A stretch of DNA of 64,000 nt from Candidatus Latescibacterota bacterium (GTDB taxonomy: Bacteria > Latescibacterota > UBA2968 > UBA8231), in the NCBI GenBank assembly GCA_965205655.1, contig CBDBIJ010000015.1, positions 101,602 to 165,601 on the forward strand, read 5' to 3'. This document shows positions 43,444-52,108 of the stretch, piece after piece. Each line of letters opens with the position of its first letter. The stretch's first letter is position 1. Position numbers and translations under genes: made by a program. Under the pieces are notes generated by a model. That model did no database searches and was not told where the DNA came from. It saw only the letters and a list, made by a program, of their open reading frames with translations.

Positions 43444-44094
43444 TCATGTCTCCGACCGAAATGGAAACGAAGGCCAGCGGTCGATAAGCGCGTTGTTTAC
43501 GTCTGTGAAGACATCCTGTGGGGCGCCGTCTCCAGAGATGAGGAGGCAACGCTCCGGGTCCGTGGCCACTATTTGTCGATACGCATCCCGCACGACTTCC
43601 TGCAGCTGCGGGCCTGACCTCTCAAGGCGATCGGGTGGAGCCGCGCGATCCTCCCGGCGGTGAATGGCCTCGCTGACAGGCACGTCGAGAACGATGGTCA
43701 AATCAGCCGGGCATTCCCGTATCGCCAGTTCGTTGACGATCTGAACGATATTGGAATCGAGTCCGCGGCCCGCCCCCTGATAGGCAGTAGTTGAGGCCGC
43801 ATATCTATCGCATATAACCGGCTTATTGGCCCTCATGGCCGGGCCGATGAGCTGGTGCACATGCTGCCTGCGACTGGCGCCGCAGAGGAGTAACTCGGCG
43901 ATCGGATCGACGTCCTCGAAGCGCGGATCTAGAACGAGCTCCCTGATTCGCTCCCCGAGCTCCGTTCCTCCAAGCTCGCGCGTGTAGACGATGTCGTGAC
44001 CCTGTCGGCGAAGATCGGCGGCGAGCATGCCACTTTGAGTTGTGGTGCCCGAGCCATCTATACCTTCAAAAACGATAAAGAGAGCTCTACGCAC
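43444..44094 (-). CDS. tmk: Thymidylate kinase
   Basis: FEGIDGSGTTTQ, TRELGG, CDRY..ST.AYQG. Confidence 0.93.
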   Translation of the reverse strand: MRRALFIVFEGIDGSGTTTQSGMLAADLRRQGHDIVYTRELGGTELGERIRELVLDPRFEDVDPIAELLLCGASRRQHVHQLIGPAMRANKPVICDRYAASTTAYQGAGRGLDSNIVQIVNELAIRECPADLTIVLDVPVSEAIHRREDRAAPPDRLERSGPQLQEVVRDAYRQIVATDPERCLLISGDGAPQDVFTDVNNALIDRWPSFPFRSET

Positions 44095-44183
44095 TGCTGT
44101 GCCGGGCAGGTGGTGGGTTGGGGGGGGTATTAGTCTCGTGCTTGCCGGCCGTTACCAGGGTCGCGGAAGCGGCCGAGCAGCGG

Positions 44184-44843
44184 TTACGGTCCCTGTATGG
44201 TCGCGGAGTGAGCCGCTTTCATCTTGTTCCGAATGTGGGCAAGCCTCTCGATGACGGTGTAGTTGGTAGTGACAGCCAGAACGACAAGGACAAAAACGAG
44301 CCCCTCGTGGCCGTAGAGGCCGCCTAACGCCAGAGCGACGAGTCGCTCCGGACGCTGCATGAATCCGACTTTGCAATCCTCCCCCAGGCCCTCTGCACGA
44401 GCGCGCACGTAGCTGACCATGAGGGAGCCAGCCAGGGCGAAGAAAAGGATTCCGCTTACGGCCCACTCGCCTTGACGAACGAGGTAAGCGGCGATACCGA
44501 AATACAGGAAGATCTCAAAGTATCGATCGGTTGTTGAGTCCAAAAGAGCGCCAAACTTTGTTTCTGAACGCCCTTGACGCGCCAACTCTCCGTCGATGAT
44601 GTCGCACAGCCCACCCAGTAGGATCACGCCCGCGCCCAGGCGAAGATACCCGGTTGCAAAGGCAGCGGTGGCGACGAGGCTCAACAGCAGTCCGAAAACG
44701 GTAAACCAGTCCGGGCGAAATCTCAGGCGAACGAGAAGGCGGACAAAAGGGGCCAGAGCCGTCTGCACGCGCACCCGTATGAAATCACTTATCAACTTGC
44801 TACCGCTGCCCACAATACGATCCTCGCAGCTCCTATGCCGCAA
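44184..44843 (-). CDS. CDP-alcohol phosphatidyltransferase (start uncertain)
   Basis: DIIDGELAR...GALLDSTTDR, SYVRARAEGLG. Confidence 0.9.
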   Translation of the reverse strand: MRHRSCEDRIVGSGSKLISDFIRVRVQTALAPFVRLLVRLRFRPDWFTVFGLLLSLVATAAFATGYLRLGAGVILLGGLCDIIDGELARQGRSETKFGALLDSTTDRYFEIFLYFGIAAYLVRQGEWAVSGILFFALAGSLMVSYVRARAEGLGEDCKVGFMQRPERLVALALGGLYGHEGLVFVLVVLAVTTNYTVIERLAHIRNKMKAAHSATIQGP

Positions 44844-44910
44844 CGCACTGACTCGAAACCCCGCAATAGTCGATCAAATATAGAGGCAAATTGCCCCGCG
44901 GCAAATTGGC

Positions 44911-45095
44911 TTGTCCACATGTTATCCACAGTGGGGCCCGGGGCTTGCTAAAAGATCTCGCAAAGACTGCGGACACGGACCTGCAGCACAGTATTTCACT
45001 CATGTATTTTCAATAGGTTATCAAATATGACTCCGGTCGACGCCGCGCTTGTTGACAGCTGTTGAAAACCTTGTGTGGAAAAGGAGTTATCCACG
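44911..45095. promoter_or_regulatory. Secondary DnaA-box cluster with an IHF-like site
   Basis: TTGTCCACA 44911, TTATCCACA 44922, TGTTGAAAA 45060, TGTGGAAAA 45074, TTATCCACG 45087; TTTCAA-TAGG-TTA 45008. Confidence 0.75.
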
Positions 45096-45749
45096 TTGAT
45101 GAGATCTTCGCGGGGCGAACGCCGCTACGTGTCGCTCTCCCCACGCTCCCCGCACACGTCGGTGAAGGATCGCCTTTTTACCCGCCGTCGCGTCCGATCC
45201 GAGAGTCGTCAGAATAGCGCCGCCCGGGGCCACGATGGGTGAAGCAAGCTCGACGAGAGATTCCGTCGTCATCGCCGCTCGCGAGACGGCCAGGTCGACT
45301 TGGGTGGCATTGGCTTTGCCCCAGGCCTCGAGACGTGAGTGTACGATCTCTACGTCCTGCAATTCGAGGTGTCGGACGACCTCCCGAAGGAAACTCGCAC
45401 GGCGACGACGAGCCTCGACGAGAATGAACCTCGATCCCGGGAGCGTGATCTTGAGGGGGACTCCCGGAAAGCCCGCACCAGATCCCACATCGAGCACGAC
45501 GCCGTGGAGCAGCGTGCGCAGCAGGGGCCTGAGTGCGAGACTCGGGAGAATATGACGGCTGGCCAACAGTCCGCGATCACCATCGGCCACCAGGTTCATG
45601 CGGCCCGACCATTGAAACAGGAGGCCGGCGTAGCGCCGAAGAGAGTCGCACCACGCAGCCCTCGATGCGGCCGGGGCGTACGGACACAGGGAGGAAACGC
45701 CGTCATCGAGCGTGTCGAGATCTTGTCGCAGTTCTTCTAAGCGATCCAA
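45087..45749 (-). CDS. rsmG: 16S rRNA m7G527 methyltransferase
   Basis: W..RMNLV, RHIL.SL, DVGSGAGFPGVPL, VSRA. Confidence 0.92.
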   Translation of the reverse strand: MDRLEELRQDLDTLDDGVSSLCPYAPAASRAAWCDSLRRYAGLLFQWSGRMNLVADGDRGLLASRHILPSLALRPLLRTLLHGVVLDVGSGAGFPGVPLKITLPGSRFILVEARRRRASFLREVVRHLELQDVEIVHSRLEAWGKANATQVDLAVSRAAMTTESLVELASPIVAPGGAILTTLGSDATAGKKAILHRRVRGAWGERHVAAFAPRRSHQRG

Positions 45750-45815
45750 AGCGGTCCCCGAACCAGGGCGGACACGCTACCCTGCCGAGTGGTTTCTGAC
45801 GGCGGCTACTGGCGG

Positions 45816-45831
45816 TGTTCCACGTGGAACG
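45816..45831. other. parS site
   Basis: TGTTCCACGTGGAACG, close to the TGTTNCACGTGNAACA consensus. Confidence 0.88.
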
Positions 45832-45874
45832 GTATTCGCCCCCTGGGTGCCGTTCGGCCAACGCGGGTGTGACT

Positions 45875-45890
45875 CGTTCCACGTGAAACG
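45875..45890. other. parS site
   Basis: CGTTCCACGTGAAACG. Confidence 0.85.
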
Positions 45891-45914
45891 TTTCGCTGGG
45901 AGCAGACCTGACTG

Positions 45915-47291
45915 CTATTTACCTATGCAGAATTCGGCGAATATCCGGTCGAGTACGGCCTCTCCCACTCCTTCCCCCAGAAGCTCGCCGGTCGCCTCGA
46001 GGGCATCCCGAAGATCAGCACTTACGCACTCGTCCAAAGACCCTTCTCTGATGAGCGCACGCGCCGCCTCGGCCCTGTCCCTAACCCGGGCCAGTAACTC
46101 GCTGTGTCGCTGTCTCGTCAGCCCGACTCCGTCCGCGAGGTCACCGCGCGGCAGCAGTGACAGGAGAGAGTCCTTCAACTCCTCGAGCCCCTCGCCCGTC
46201 AAGGCGGAAACCGAAATCGTCGGATGCGTCAGTCCGTTCAGCGCTGAGAGGTCGAGACGGCGTGGAAGGTCGCACTTGTTCACGGCCACGGCACCTGCCG
46301 AAGCTTCGAGAAGATTGAGAGCGGTCGGATCCTCATCGTTGTCCCACGGACGCGAGCCGTCGAAGACGGCAACGACGATGTCGGCCTCTTCCGCTATGCC
46401 ACGGGCGCGACGCACCCCCTCTGCTTCGATGAGGTCGGGGGAGCGGCGGAGCCCGGCTGTATCCACCAGACGAACACCATGACCTGACCAGACGATCGTG
46501 CCATCCACTGTGTCACGGGTGGTTCCGGGAATTGGAGTGACGATGGATCGGTCCTCATCAAGGAGGGCATTCAGCAACGTCGACTTGCCCGCGTTCGGAG
46601 GGCCGATGATCGCCACGACGAACCCGTCCTGACGTCGTCTCGCACCTTCAAACGTTTCCAGAAGTCGCGAGGCGAGGCGAATGACCTCTTCCACGTCGCA
46701 GCCTATGCCTCGCTTGCGTGTCGCGGCAACCTCCTCCTCGCTGAAATCGAGCCCGACTTCCACGGCTGTGAGAGCCTGCACGAGTCGCTCTTTCAGTTCG
46801 TCGACAAGAGCTGAGAGTCGTCCGCTCGCTTGAGAATAGGAGCTTTCGAGAGATCGTCTCCACTTCGACTGAACCAGATCGACGATCGCCTCTGCCTGCA
46901 GAAGGTCGATGCGGCCGTTCAGGAAGGCGCGACGGGTAAACTCTCCTGGTTCGGCGAGTATTGCACCACGGCTTACCGCCGCGCTCACGAGCGTCTCCAT
47001 GACCACGCAGGAGCCGTGACCTGTGATCTCCACCGTGTCCTCGCCAGTGTAGGACCGCGGCGCCTGGAGCACCCAGGCAAGCCCGGTGTCGATTTCATGG
47101 CTCTCGGAATCCAGGATGTGTCCGAACTCGACGTGCCGAACTCTCTGGCCTAACTCCGGGCTGGACCGAAACACCGCTGTGCCGATGCCGATCGCGTCCG
47201 GACCACTGAGCCGAACCATGCCGACGCCGCCAGCGCCCGGCGGCGTGACGACGGCCACAATGGTGTGCTGTCGGGCGTCGTGGAGCGGCAC
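45915..47291 (-). CDS. mnmE: tRNA modification GTPase MnmE
   Basis: PRSYTGED, PGEFTRRAFLNG, GPPNAGKS, GTTRD, DTAG, FCIGK. Confidence 0.97.
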   Translation of the reverse strand: MPLHDARQHTIVAVVTPPGAGGVGMVRLSGPDAIGIGTAVFRSSPELGQRVRHVEFGHILDSESHEIDTGLAWVLQAPRSYTGEDTVEITGHGSCVVMETLVSAAVSRGAILAEPGEFTRRAFLNGRIDLLQAEAIVDLVQSKWRRSLESSYSQASGRLSALVDELKERLVQALTAVEVGLDFSEEEVAATRKRGIGCDVEEVIRLASRLLETFEGARRRQDGFVVAIIGPPNAGKSTLLNALLDEDRSIVTPIPGTTRDTVDGTIVWSGHGVRLVDTAGLRRSPDLIEAEGVRRARGIAEEADIVVAVFDGSRPWDNDEDPTALNLLEASAGAVAVNKCDLPRRLDLSALNGLTHPTISVSALTGEGLEELKDSLLSLLPRGDLADGVGLTRQRHSELLARVRDRAEAARALIREGSLDECVSADLRDALEATGELLGEGVGEAVLDRIFAEFCIGK

Positions 47292-47294
47292 GCG

Positions 47295-49061
47295 TTACTT
47301 GGCTCGGGCCTTGGTGGGTTGACGCGGCTCAGGCTGAGGCGACGACGTTTTCTTGAGATGGTTTGTCAAGACTTGTTGACCGATCTGCAGCACGTTGAAG
47401 ATCGTCCAGTAGAGAACGAGACCTGAGGAAAACTGCCACATGAAGATGACCATGACGAGCGGCATGATGTAGACGAGAGCGGCCTGCTTCGGATCCTTCA
47501 TCGTCATTTTCGATTGAAAGAACATGGCGGCCGCCATGGTGATCGGCAGGACGTGAAGGTCGAAACCGCCGACATCGAGCTGGTCCGGACGCGAAAGGTC
47601 ATCAATCCAGAGCATGAAAGGCGCCTGGCGCAGTTCGATCGTGCTGCTCAAGGTCTGGTACAGCGCGATGAAAATGGGCATTTGCAACACAAGGGGAAGG
47701 CAACCACCGAGGGGATTGACGCCCTCCTCCTTATAGAGCTTCATCGTTTCGCGGCTCAGCCGCTGACTGTCGTTTTTGTACTTGTCTCGCAGGGCGGTTA
47801 TCTTGGGTTGCACCTGCTGCATCCGCGCCGCCGACTCGTAGGATTTATGGGTCAACGGATAGACCAGTAGTTTGACGACGAAGGCGAACAGCAGGATGAC
47901 GCACCCGTAGTTGGGAACATACTCGTAGGCGGCGACGAACAGGACGAGCAGGAGCTTGGAGATTTCCCTGACAACGGGGAATCCGAGGTCCATGGCTCGC
48001 TCCAGCTCCACGTTGTAGCGGATGATTTCCTCATAGTCCATGGGGCCCACGTAGAGAAGGCTCTCCCACGTGCCGGCCTCATCGAGGCGAGCGCTGACGC
48101 TGAAATCGTGTTGCGGCCACCAGTCGGGAGGTTCGCGGTCACTGTGGAATCGATACCGGTCGGCAGCTATCTGCCTCGACGAGATTTCGACCCAGGATCT
48201 GTCGACGCCGATGGGTGCCAGTGAGCACAAAAAGTACTTGTTGCGCACTCCTGCCCATTTGACGACTCCTCTTTCTTCGAGGTGCTGTTCTTCGTCCTCG
48301 GCCGACTGCTCGGTCAGGCTCTCGTTGATGTAGACCATCGCGCGCAGCGCGTCTCTGTCTACCTGCCAGTCTCGTTCGGCATCGCTTATACCCCCCTGCC
48401 ATTGGAGACCGGCAATCACGTCATCACCAAAACCGCGCGCCGTGATGTGGAGACCGATTCCGTAGCGATCACTGCGAAACTGGAGTCGCTTTTCTACGGT
48501 TTGGCCCGATGGAAGAACGGCCCTCAGCCGCAGCGTGGCCTCGTCGCCATCGTCGATGCGGACGACCTCGCGATCTGGCACAAACTCGACTGACGCGAGA
48601 TCCAGTCGGCTACGCGGTTCCTCCGTCGCTATCGAAACGGCCAGCGCCCGGCCGCCCTCGGGCAGTAGCTCGACGGGCGTGTCATCGTGACGCTTGTAGG
48701 CGGCCATTTGCGCCGAAATGAGAACGCCACCCTCCGTTGAAAACACGAGCCGCTGCAGCGGCGTTGTAACCGTTACCTGTCTGGGGCTGAATGCCTCTGC
48801 TGCGGATGCCTCTGCGAGGCCGGGGGGTACGGGCGCCGGACGCCTCTCCGCCTCGCGAGGACTGGTTTTCGGAGCCTGTGACGACGACGGAAGCCGCTTC
48901 GCCGGGGCGGGCGTCGAGGACGAGCGGTCCTCGACGGATTCCGCCGGTTGCTGTTCAGGAGGAGGTTTCGATACGCCAATCAGCTCGTAATAGTACGGCA
49001 TCGCCAGGAGAATGAGCCCGATGACGAGAAAGGCGAGGAGAGTTCGTTTGTCCTCCATCAT
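47295..49061 (-). CDS. yidC: Membrane protein insertase YidC
   Basis: NYG..I, LYKEEGVNPLGGCLP, WIDDLS.PD, SGLVLYW. Confidence 0.96.
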   Translation of the reverse strand: MMEDKRTLLAFLVIGLILLAMPYYYELIGVSKPPPEQQPAESVEDRSSSTPAPAKRLPSSSQAPKTSPREAERRPAPVPPGLAEASAAEAFSPRQVTVTTPLQRLVFSTEGGVLISAQMAAYKRHDDTPVELLPEGGRALAVSIATEEPRSRLDLASVEFVPDREVVRIDDGDEATLRLRAVLPSGQTVEKRLQFRSDRYGIGLHITARGFGDDVIAGLQWQGGISDAERDWQVDRDALRAMVYINESLTEQSAEDEEQHLEERGVVKWAGVRNKYFLCSLAPIGVDRSWVEISSRQIAADRYRFHSDREPPDWWPQHDFSVSARLDEAGTWESLLYVGPMDYEEIIRYNVELERAMDLGFPVVREISKLLLVLFVAAYEYVPNYGCVILLFAFVVKLLVYPLTHKSYESAARMQQVQPKITALRDKYKNDSQRLSRETMKLYKEEGVNPLGGCLPLVLQMPIFIALYQTLSSTIELRQAPFMLWIDDLSRPDQLDVGGFDLHVLPITMAAAMFFQSKMTMKDPKQAALVYIMPLVMVIFMWQFSSGLVLYWTIFNVLQIGQQVLTNHLKKTSSPQPEPRQPTKARAK

Positions 49062-49067
49062 GAATAG

Positions 49068-49331
49068 CTAATCGAGTGGGTCGTACCCCATGCCGCCACC
49101 CGGGCGACAGCGTAGCAGCCGCCGCAGACTGCGCCGACCGCCGCCGATCAGCCCGTGTGCCCGTATGGCCGACACAGCGTATTCGGAGCAGTTCGGGTGA
49201 AATCGACACGAGGGAGCGAGAAACGGGGACAGGCAAAGCTGGTAGAGTCGGATGCACCCCACTACAAGACGAAGAAGGAGACGGTCCAAGAGATGAGTCG
49301 GAAGACGAGCCATGGGTGTAGTCGATGTCAA
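49068..49331 (-). CDS. yidD: Membrane protein insertion efficiency factor
   Basis: YQLCLSP...CRFHPNCSEY...RLLRC.P...GYDP. Confidence 0.93.
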   Translation of the reverse strand: MTSTTPMARLPTHLLDRLLLRLVVGCIRLYQLCLSPFLAPSCRFHPNCSEYAVSAIRAHGLIGGGRRSLRRLLRCRPGGGMGYDPLD

Positions 49332-49579
49332 TCGAGACTCGAAAGAAGGTGCGAGAGCTCTTCTCGGAGAATGCGGTAGGACGAACCGATGGCCGTTGGT
49401 TGTGCCAGGATGACGAGACTACCGAAAACCGAGGGGCATTCCCGGCAGGCGGCGCGGAGACGCCGCTTCAGCCGGTTTCGAGCGACGGCCGTGCCGAGCG
49501 ATTTGCGGATTACAAAAATGACGCCGGAGCACTCCCGCCCCGAGCGTATCCAGAGGCTGTCACCCCGGATCCAACCCAC
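49328..49579 (-). CDS. rnpA: RNase P protein component, N-terminally short
   Basis: K.LGTAVARNRLKRRLR (RNR motif); lies between rpmH and yidD. Confidence 0.85.
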   Translation of the reverse strand: MGWIRGDSLWIRSGRECSGVIFVIRKSLGTAVARNRLKRRLRAACRECPSVFGSLVILAQPTAIGSSYRILREELSHLLSSLD

Positions 49580-49600
49580 CTGCGTCTTGGCGGCCGGCTC

Positions 49601-49735
49601 TCAAACAGCCAGACGTTTTCGGCCGCGGCGGCGGCGGCGGGCGAGAATGGCTCGTCCGCCGGGGGTGCGCATTCGCCGCCGAAACCCGTGCTTGTTGCGC
49701 CGTTTTCGATTGCTGGGTTGGAAGGTTCGCTTCAC
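49601..49735 (-). CDS. rpmH: 50S ribosomal protein L34
   Basis: Own translation: [44 protein letters not shown]. Confidence 0.98.
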   Translation of the reverse strand: MKRTFQPSNRKRRNKHGFRRRMRTPGGRAILARRRRRGRKRLAV

Positions 49736-49790
49736 CAGACATCTCCCGATGCGACGTCGGCTCTACGGGGTATACAGACCGAAACTTTTT

Positions 49791-49819
49791 AAGGTAGGAG
49801 CTGATGTGTCGCCTGTCAA
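49791..49819 (-). promoter_or_regulatory. rpmH promoter
   Basis: Minus strand TTGACA-17 nt-TACCTT. Confidence 0.6.
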
Positions 49820-49886
49820 TCGACAACTCGACCGGACCACGAGCGACGATTCGGCGCAATCGCGTGACGATCGCGTCTTTGACGTC

Positions 49887-49915
49887 TTGACGCGCGCCAG
49901 GTGTTTGCATAACAT
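49887..49915 (+). promoter_or_regulatory. dnaA promoter
   Basis: TTGACG-17 nt-TAACAT. Confidence 0.55.
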
Positions 49916-49947
49916 AGCCGCTTCTCCTACCAAACTCTTCCCTGACG

Positions 49948-51462
49948 ATGTCACAAGAAACCCATGAATTGTGGGCGCGTTGCCTGCTGAACATCGAGCG
50001 CCACGTACGACCACAGAGTTTCGATACCTGGTTTCGTCCGACGAAGGTCAATCGCTTCGATGCCGACATTCTCGAGATCGAGGTGTCCAGTTCCTACTTC
50101 GCCGATTGGGTCGAAAGCAACTACGTGACCCTCATTCAACGCGCAGTCGAAGAGGAGACGGAACTGGCTCCCCGGATTACCTTCTCCGTCACCGACGAGT
50201 CCGGTCTGCGCGGAAGGGATTCGGGAAGCAGGCCGATCCCAGTCGGATCCTCGACTGAATCCACACAATCAGCCCCTTCAACAGTGGCGCCCGAAGAGAA
50301 GCTCGCGGCTGTGTCCCTCCAGTCGGTCGTTGGTTCCGCTACCGCCGAAGGCCAGCCCATCCTGGCACCCTCGCGCGGCCAGATAGGGCCCACCCCAAGC
50401 CGCGAAACTCCGTCGCGCGGGCTGCTGTTCACGCCGCTGAACGAACGCTACACCTTCGACACATTCGTGGTTGGCGAAGGCAACCGTTTCGCCCACGCGG
50501 CGTCCCAAGCGGTAGCCAAGTCTCCCGGACGGACACAGTTCAACCCGCTCGTCATCTACGGCGGCGTCGGCCTTGGCAAGACACACCTTCTGCAGGCCAT
50601 CGGGCATCACGCGCTGTCTCAGGAAAGAGAGCTGCTCGTCGCGTATGTACCCTCGGAGAAGTTCATGAGCGATTTTATCGAGTCGCTGAGAACGCGTAAA
50701 ACCGGGGAGTTTCAACGACTGTACCGCAGCGCCGACGTGCTTCTGGTGGACGATATTCAGTTCCTTCTCAAGGGCGAACATACCCAGAACGAGTTCTTCC
50801 ACACTTTCAACGCGCTGCACCAGAGCGGCAAGCAGATCGCCATGACCTGCGACTCGCCGCCTGGCGAACTCGTGGGACTCGAGGAGCGTCTGATCTCGCG
50901 CTTCCAGTGGGGCCTCGTGACGAGTATCGAGCCGCCCGATCTCGAAACGCGGATCGCCATCCTGCACCAGAAGGCGGAAATCAACGGCATCCATCTCACC
51001 GAGGATGTAGCTACCTTTCTCGGGAACTATATCAGTTCGAATATTCGCGAGCTGGAAGGCGCGCTCAATCACATAATGGCCTTCTGTGCAGTGAATCAGG
51101 TGGAGCTCAGCGTTGAGGCGGCGCGCAAGATTGTTCAGGAGCGGCCTCCGGCTGAATCGGCGCATCTGAGCATCGAGGGCATCCAAAAGCGGGTCGCGCG
51201 ATATTTCGATCTGACGCAGCAGCTTCTCATCGGCAAGACGCGACGACAGGAGGTCGCCACGCCTCGGCAGATCGCCATGTTCCTCGCCAAGAGGCTGACA
51301 AAGAGCCCGCTCAAGGTCATCGGCCTCCATTTCGGGAATCGCGACCACAGCACTGTCATCCACGCTGTGCAGACAATCGAGAAGAAGTGCCAGGAAGATC
51401 CCGAGCTCGCGCGCGTCGTCGAATCCCTCTCAGAATCAATCAAACAGCAAACCGCTGGTTAA
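49948..51462 (+). CDS. dnaA: Chromosomal replication initiator DnaA
   Basis: YTFDTFVVG, GGVGLGKTH, DDIQF, RELEGA, RDHSTV. Confidence 0.99.
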   Translation: MSQETHELWARCLLNIERHVRPQSFDTWFRPTKVNRFDADILEIEVSSSYFADWVESNYVTLIQRAVEEETELAPRITFSVTDESGLRGRDSGSRPIPVGSSTESTQSAPSTVAPEEKLAAVSLQSVVGSATAEGQPILAPSRGQIGPTPSRETPSRGLLFTPLNERYTFDTFVVGEGNRFAHAASQAVAKSPGRTQFNPLVIYGGVGLGKTHLLQAIGHHALSQERELLVAYVPSEKFMSDFIESLRTRKTGEFQRLYRSADVLLVDDIQFLLKGEHTQNEFFHTFNALHQSGKQIAMTCDSPPGELVGLEERLISRFQWGLVTSIEPPDLETRIAILHQKAEINGIHLTEDVATFLGNYISSNIRELEGALNHIMAFCAVNQVELSVEAARKIVQERPPAESAHLSIEGIQKRVARYFDLTQQLLIGKTRRQEVATPRQIAMFLAKRLTKSPLKVIGLHFGNRDHSTVIHAVQTIEKKCQEDPELARVVESLSESIKQQTAG

Positions 51463-51960
51463 AGCAGGGCCTTATCCACAATAACGTGAGTGAGGACTGT
51501 GGATACAGCCCCCTTTGACTGTGGATAACAATGTGGATAACGCAGAATCAATCATCCGCGTTTCAGCGACGTGGAGAAAAGCTGTTTATCCACGTCGTTA
51601 TCCACACGGTCAAAGGGCTCTATCGACGGCCTTAGAAAATATATAACTTTATATTTAACAAATACTTAATGAATTTAACATTAGAACGGAATCGACAGCT
51701 CTGCACGTGTTCCTCACCCTACTAGAACGACTACTAAGTAACTATAGAGAAAAGATTAATACTCGTAATTGTTATAGCTATTGTTGACAACAGAGTCTCG
51801 CGGTGAGATCAAAGGAAAGGATTCTCCATCAAACTTTGGCGCATTGACTGAGCCACACAGGTTGCAGAATGCTCGCATGCTGGAAATTATTGTTGCAAGA
51901 TCTTGTATTTTAACAATGTTATGAACATGTTAACAGAGTGTGGAAAAGATTTTCAGAGCG
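51463..51960. other. oriC: Replication origin oriC
   Basis: DnaA boxes at 51472, 51498, 51520, 51532, 51586, 51598, 51939; AT-rich tract 51632-51685; trio-like CTACTAGAACGACTACTA 51719-51736; between dnaA and dnaN. Confidence 0.92.
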
Positions 51961-51986
51961 ATTCGGGGTCGCTTTCAAGGGATCTG

Positions 51987-52015
51987 TTGACTATATAGTA
52001 CAATATATGTACATT
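51987..52015 (+). promoter_or_regulatory. dnaN promoter
   Basis: TTGACT-17 nt-TACATT. Confidence 0.6.
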
Positions 52016-52108
52016 GGAATGTTATGCCTTGAGTAGTCACACGAGTCGGATCTGGCGTCATTGACCGTCGGATGGTTCCATAATTTCCACACTCAAAATG
52101 AATCCGTT

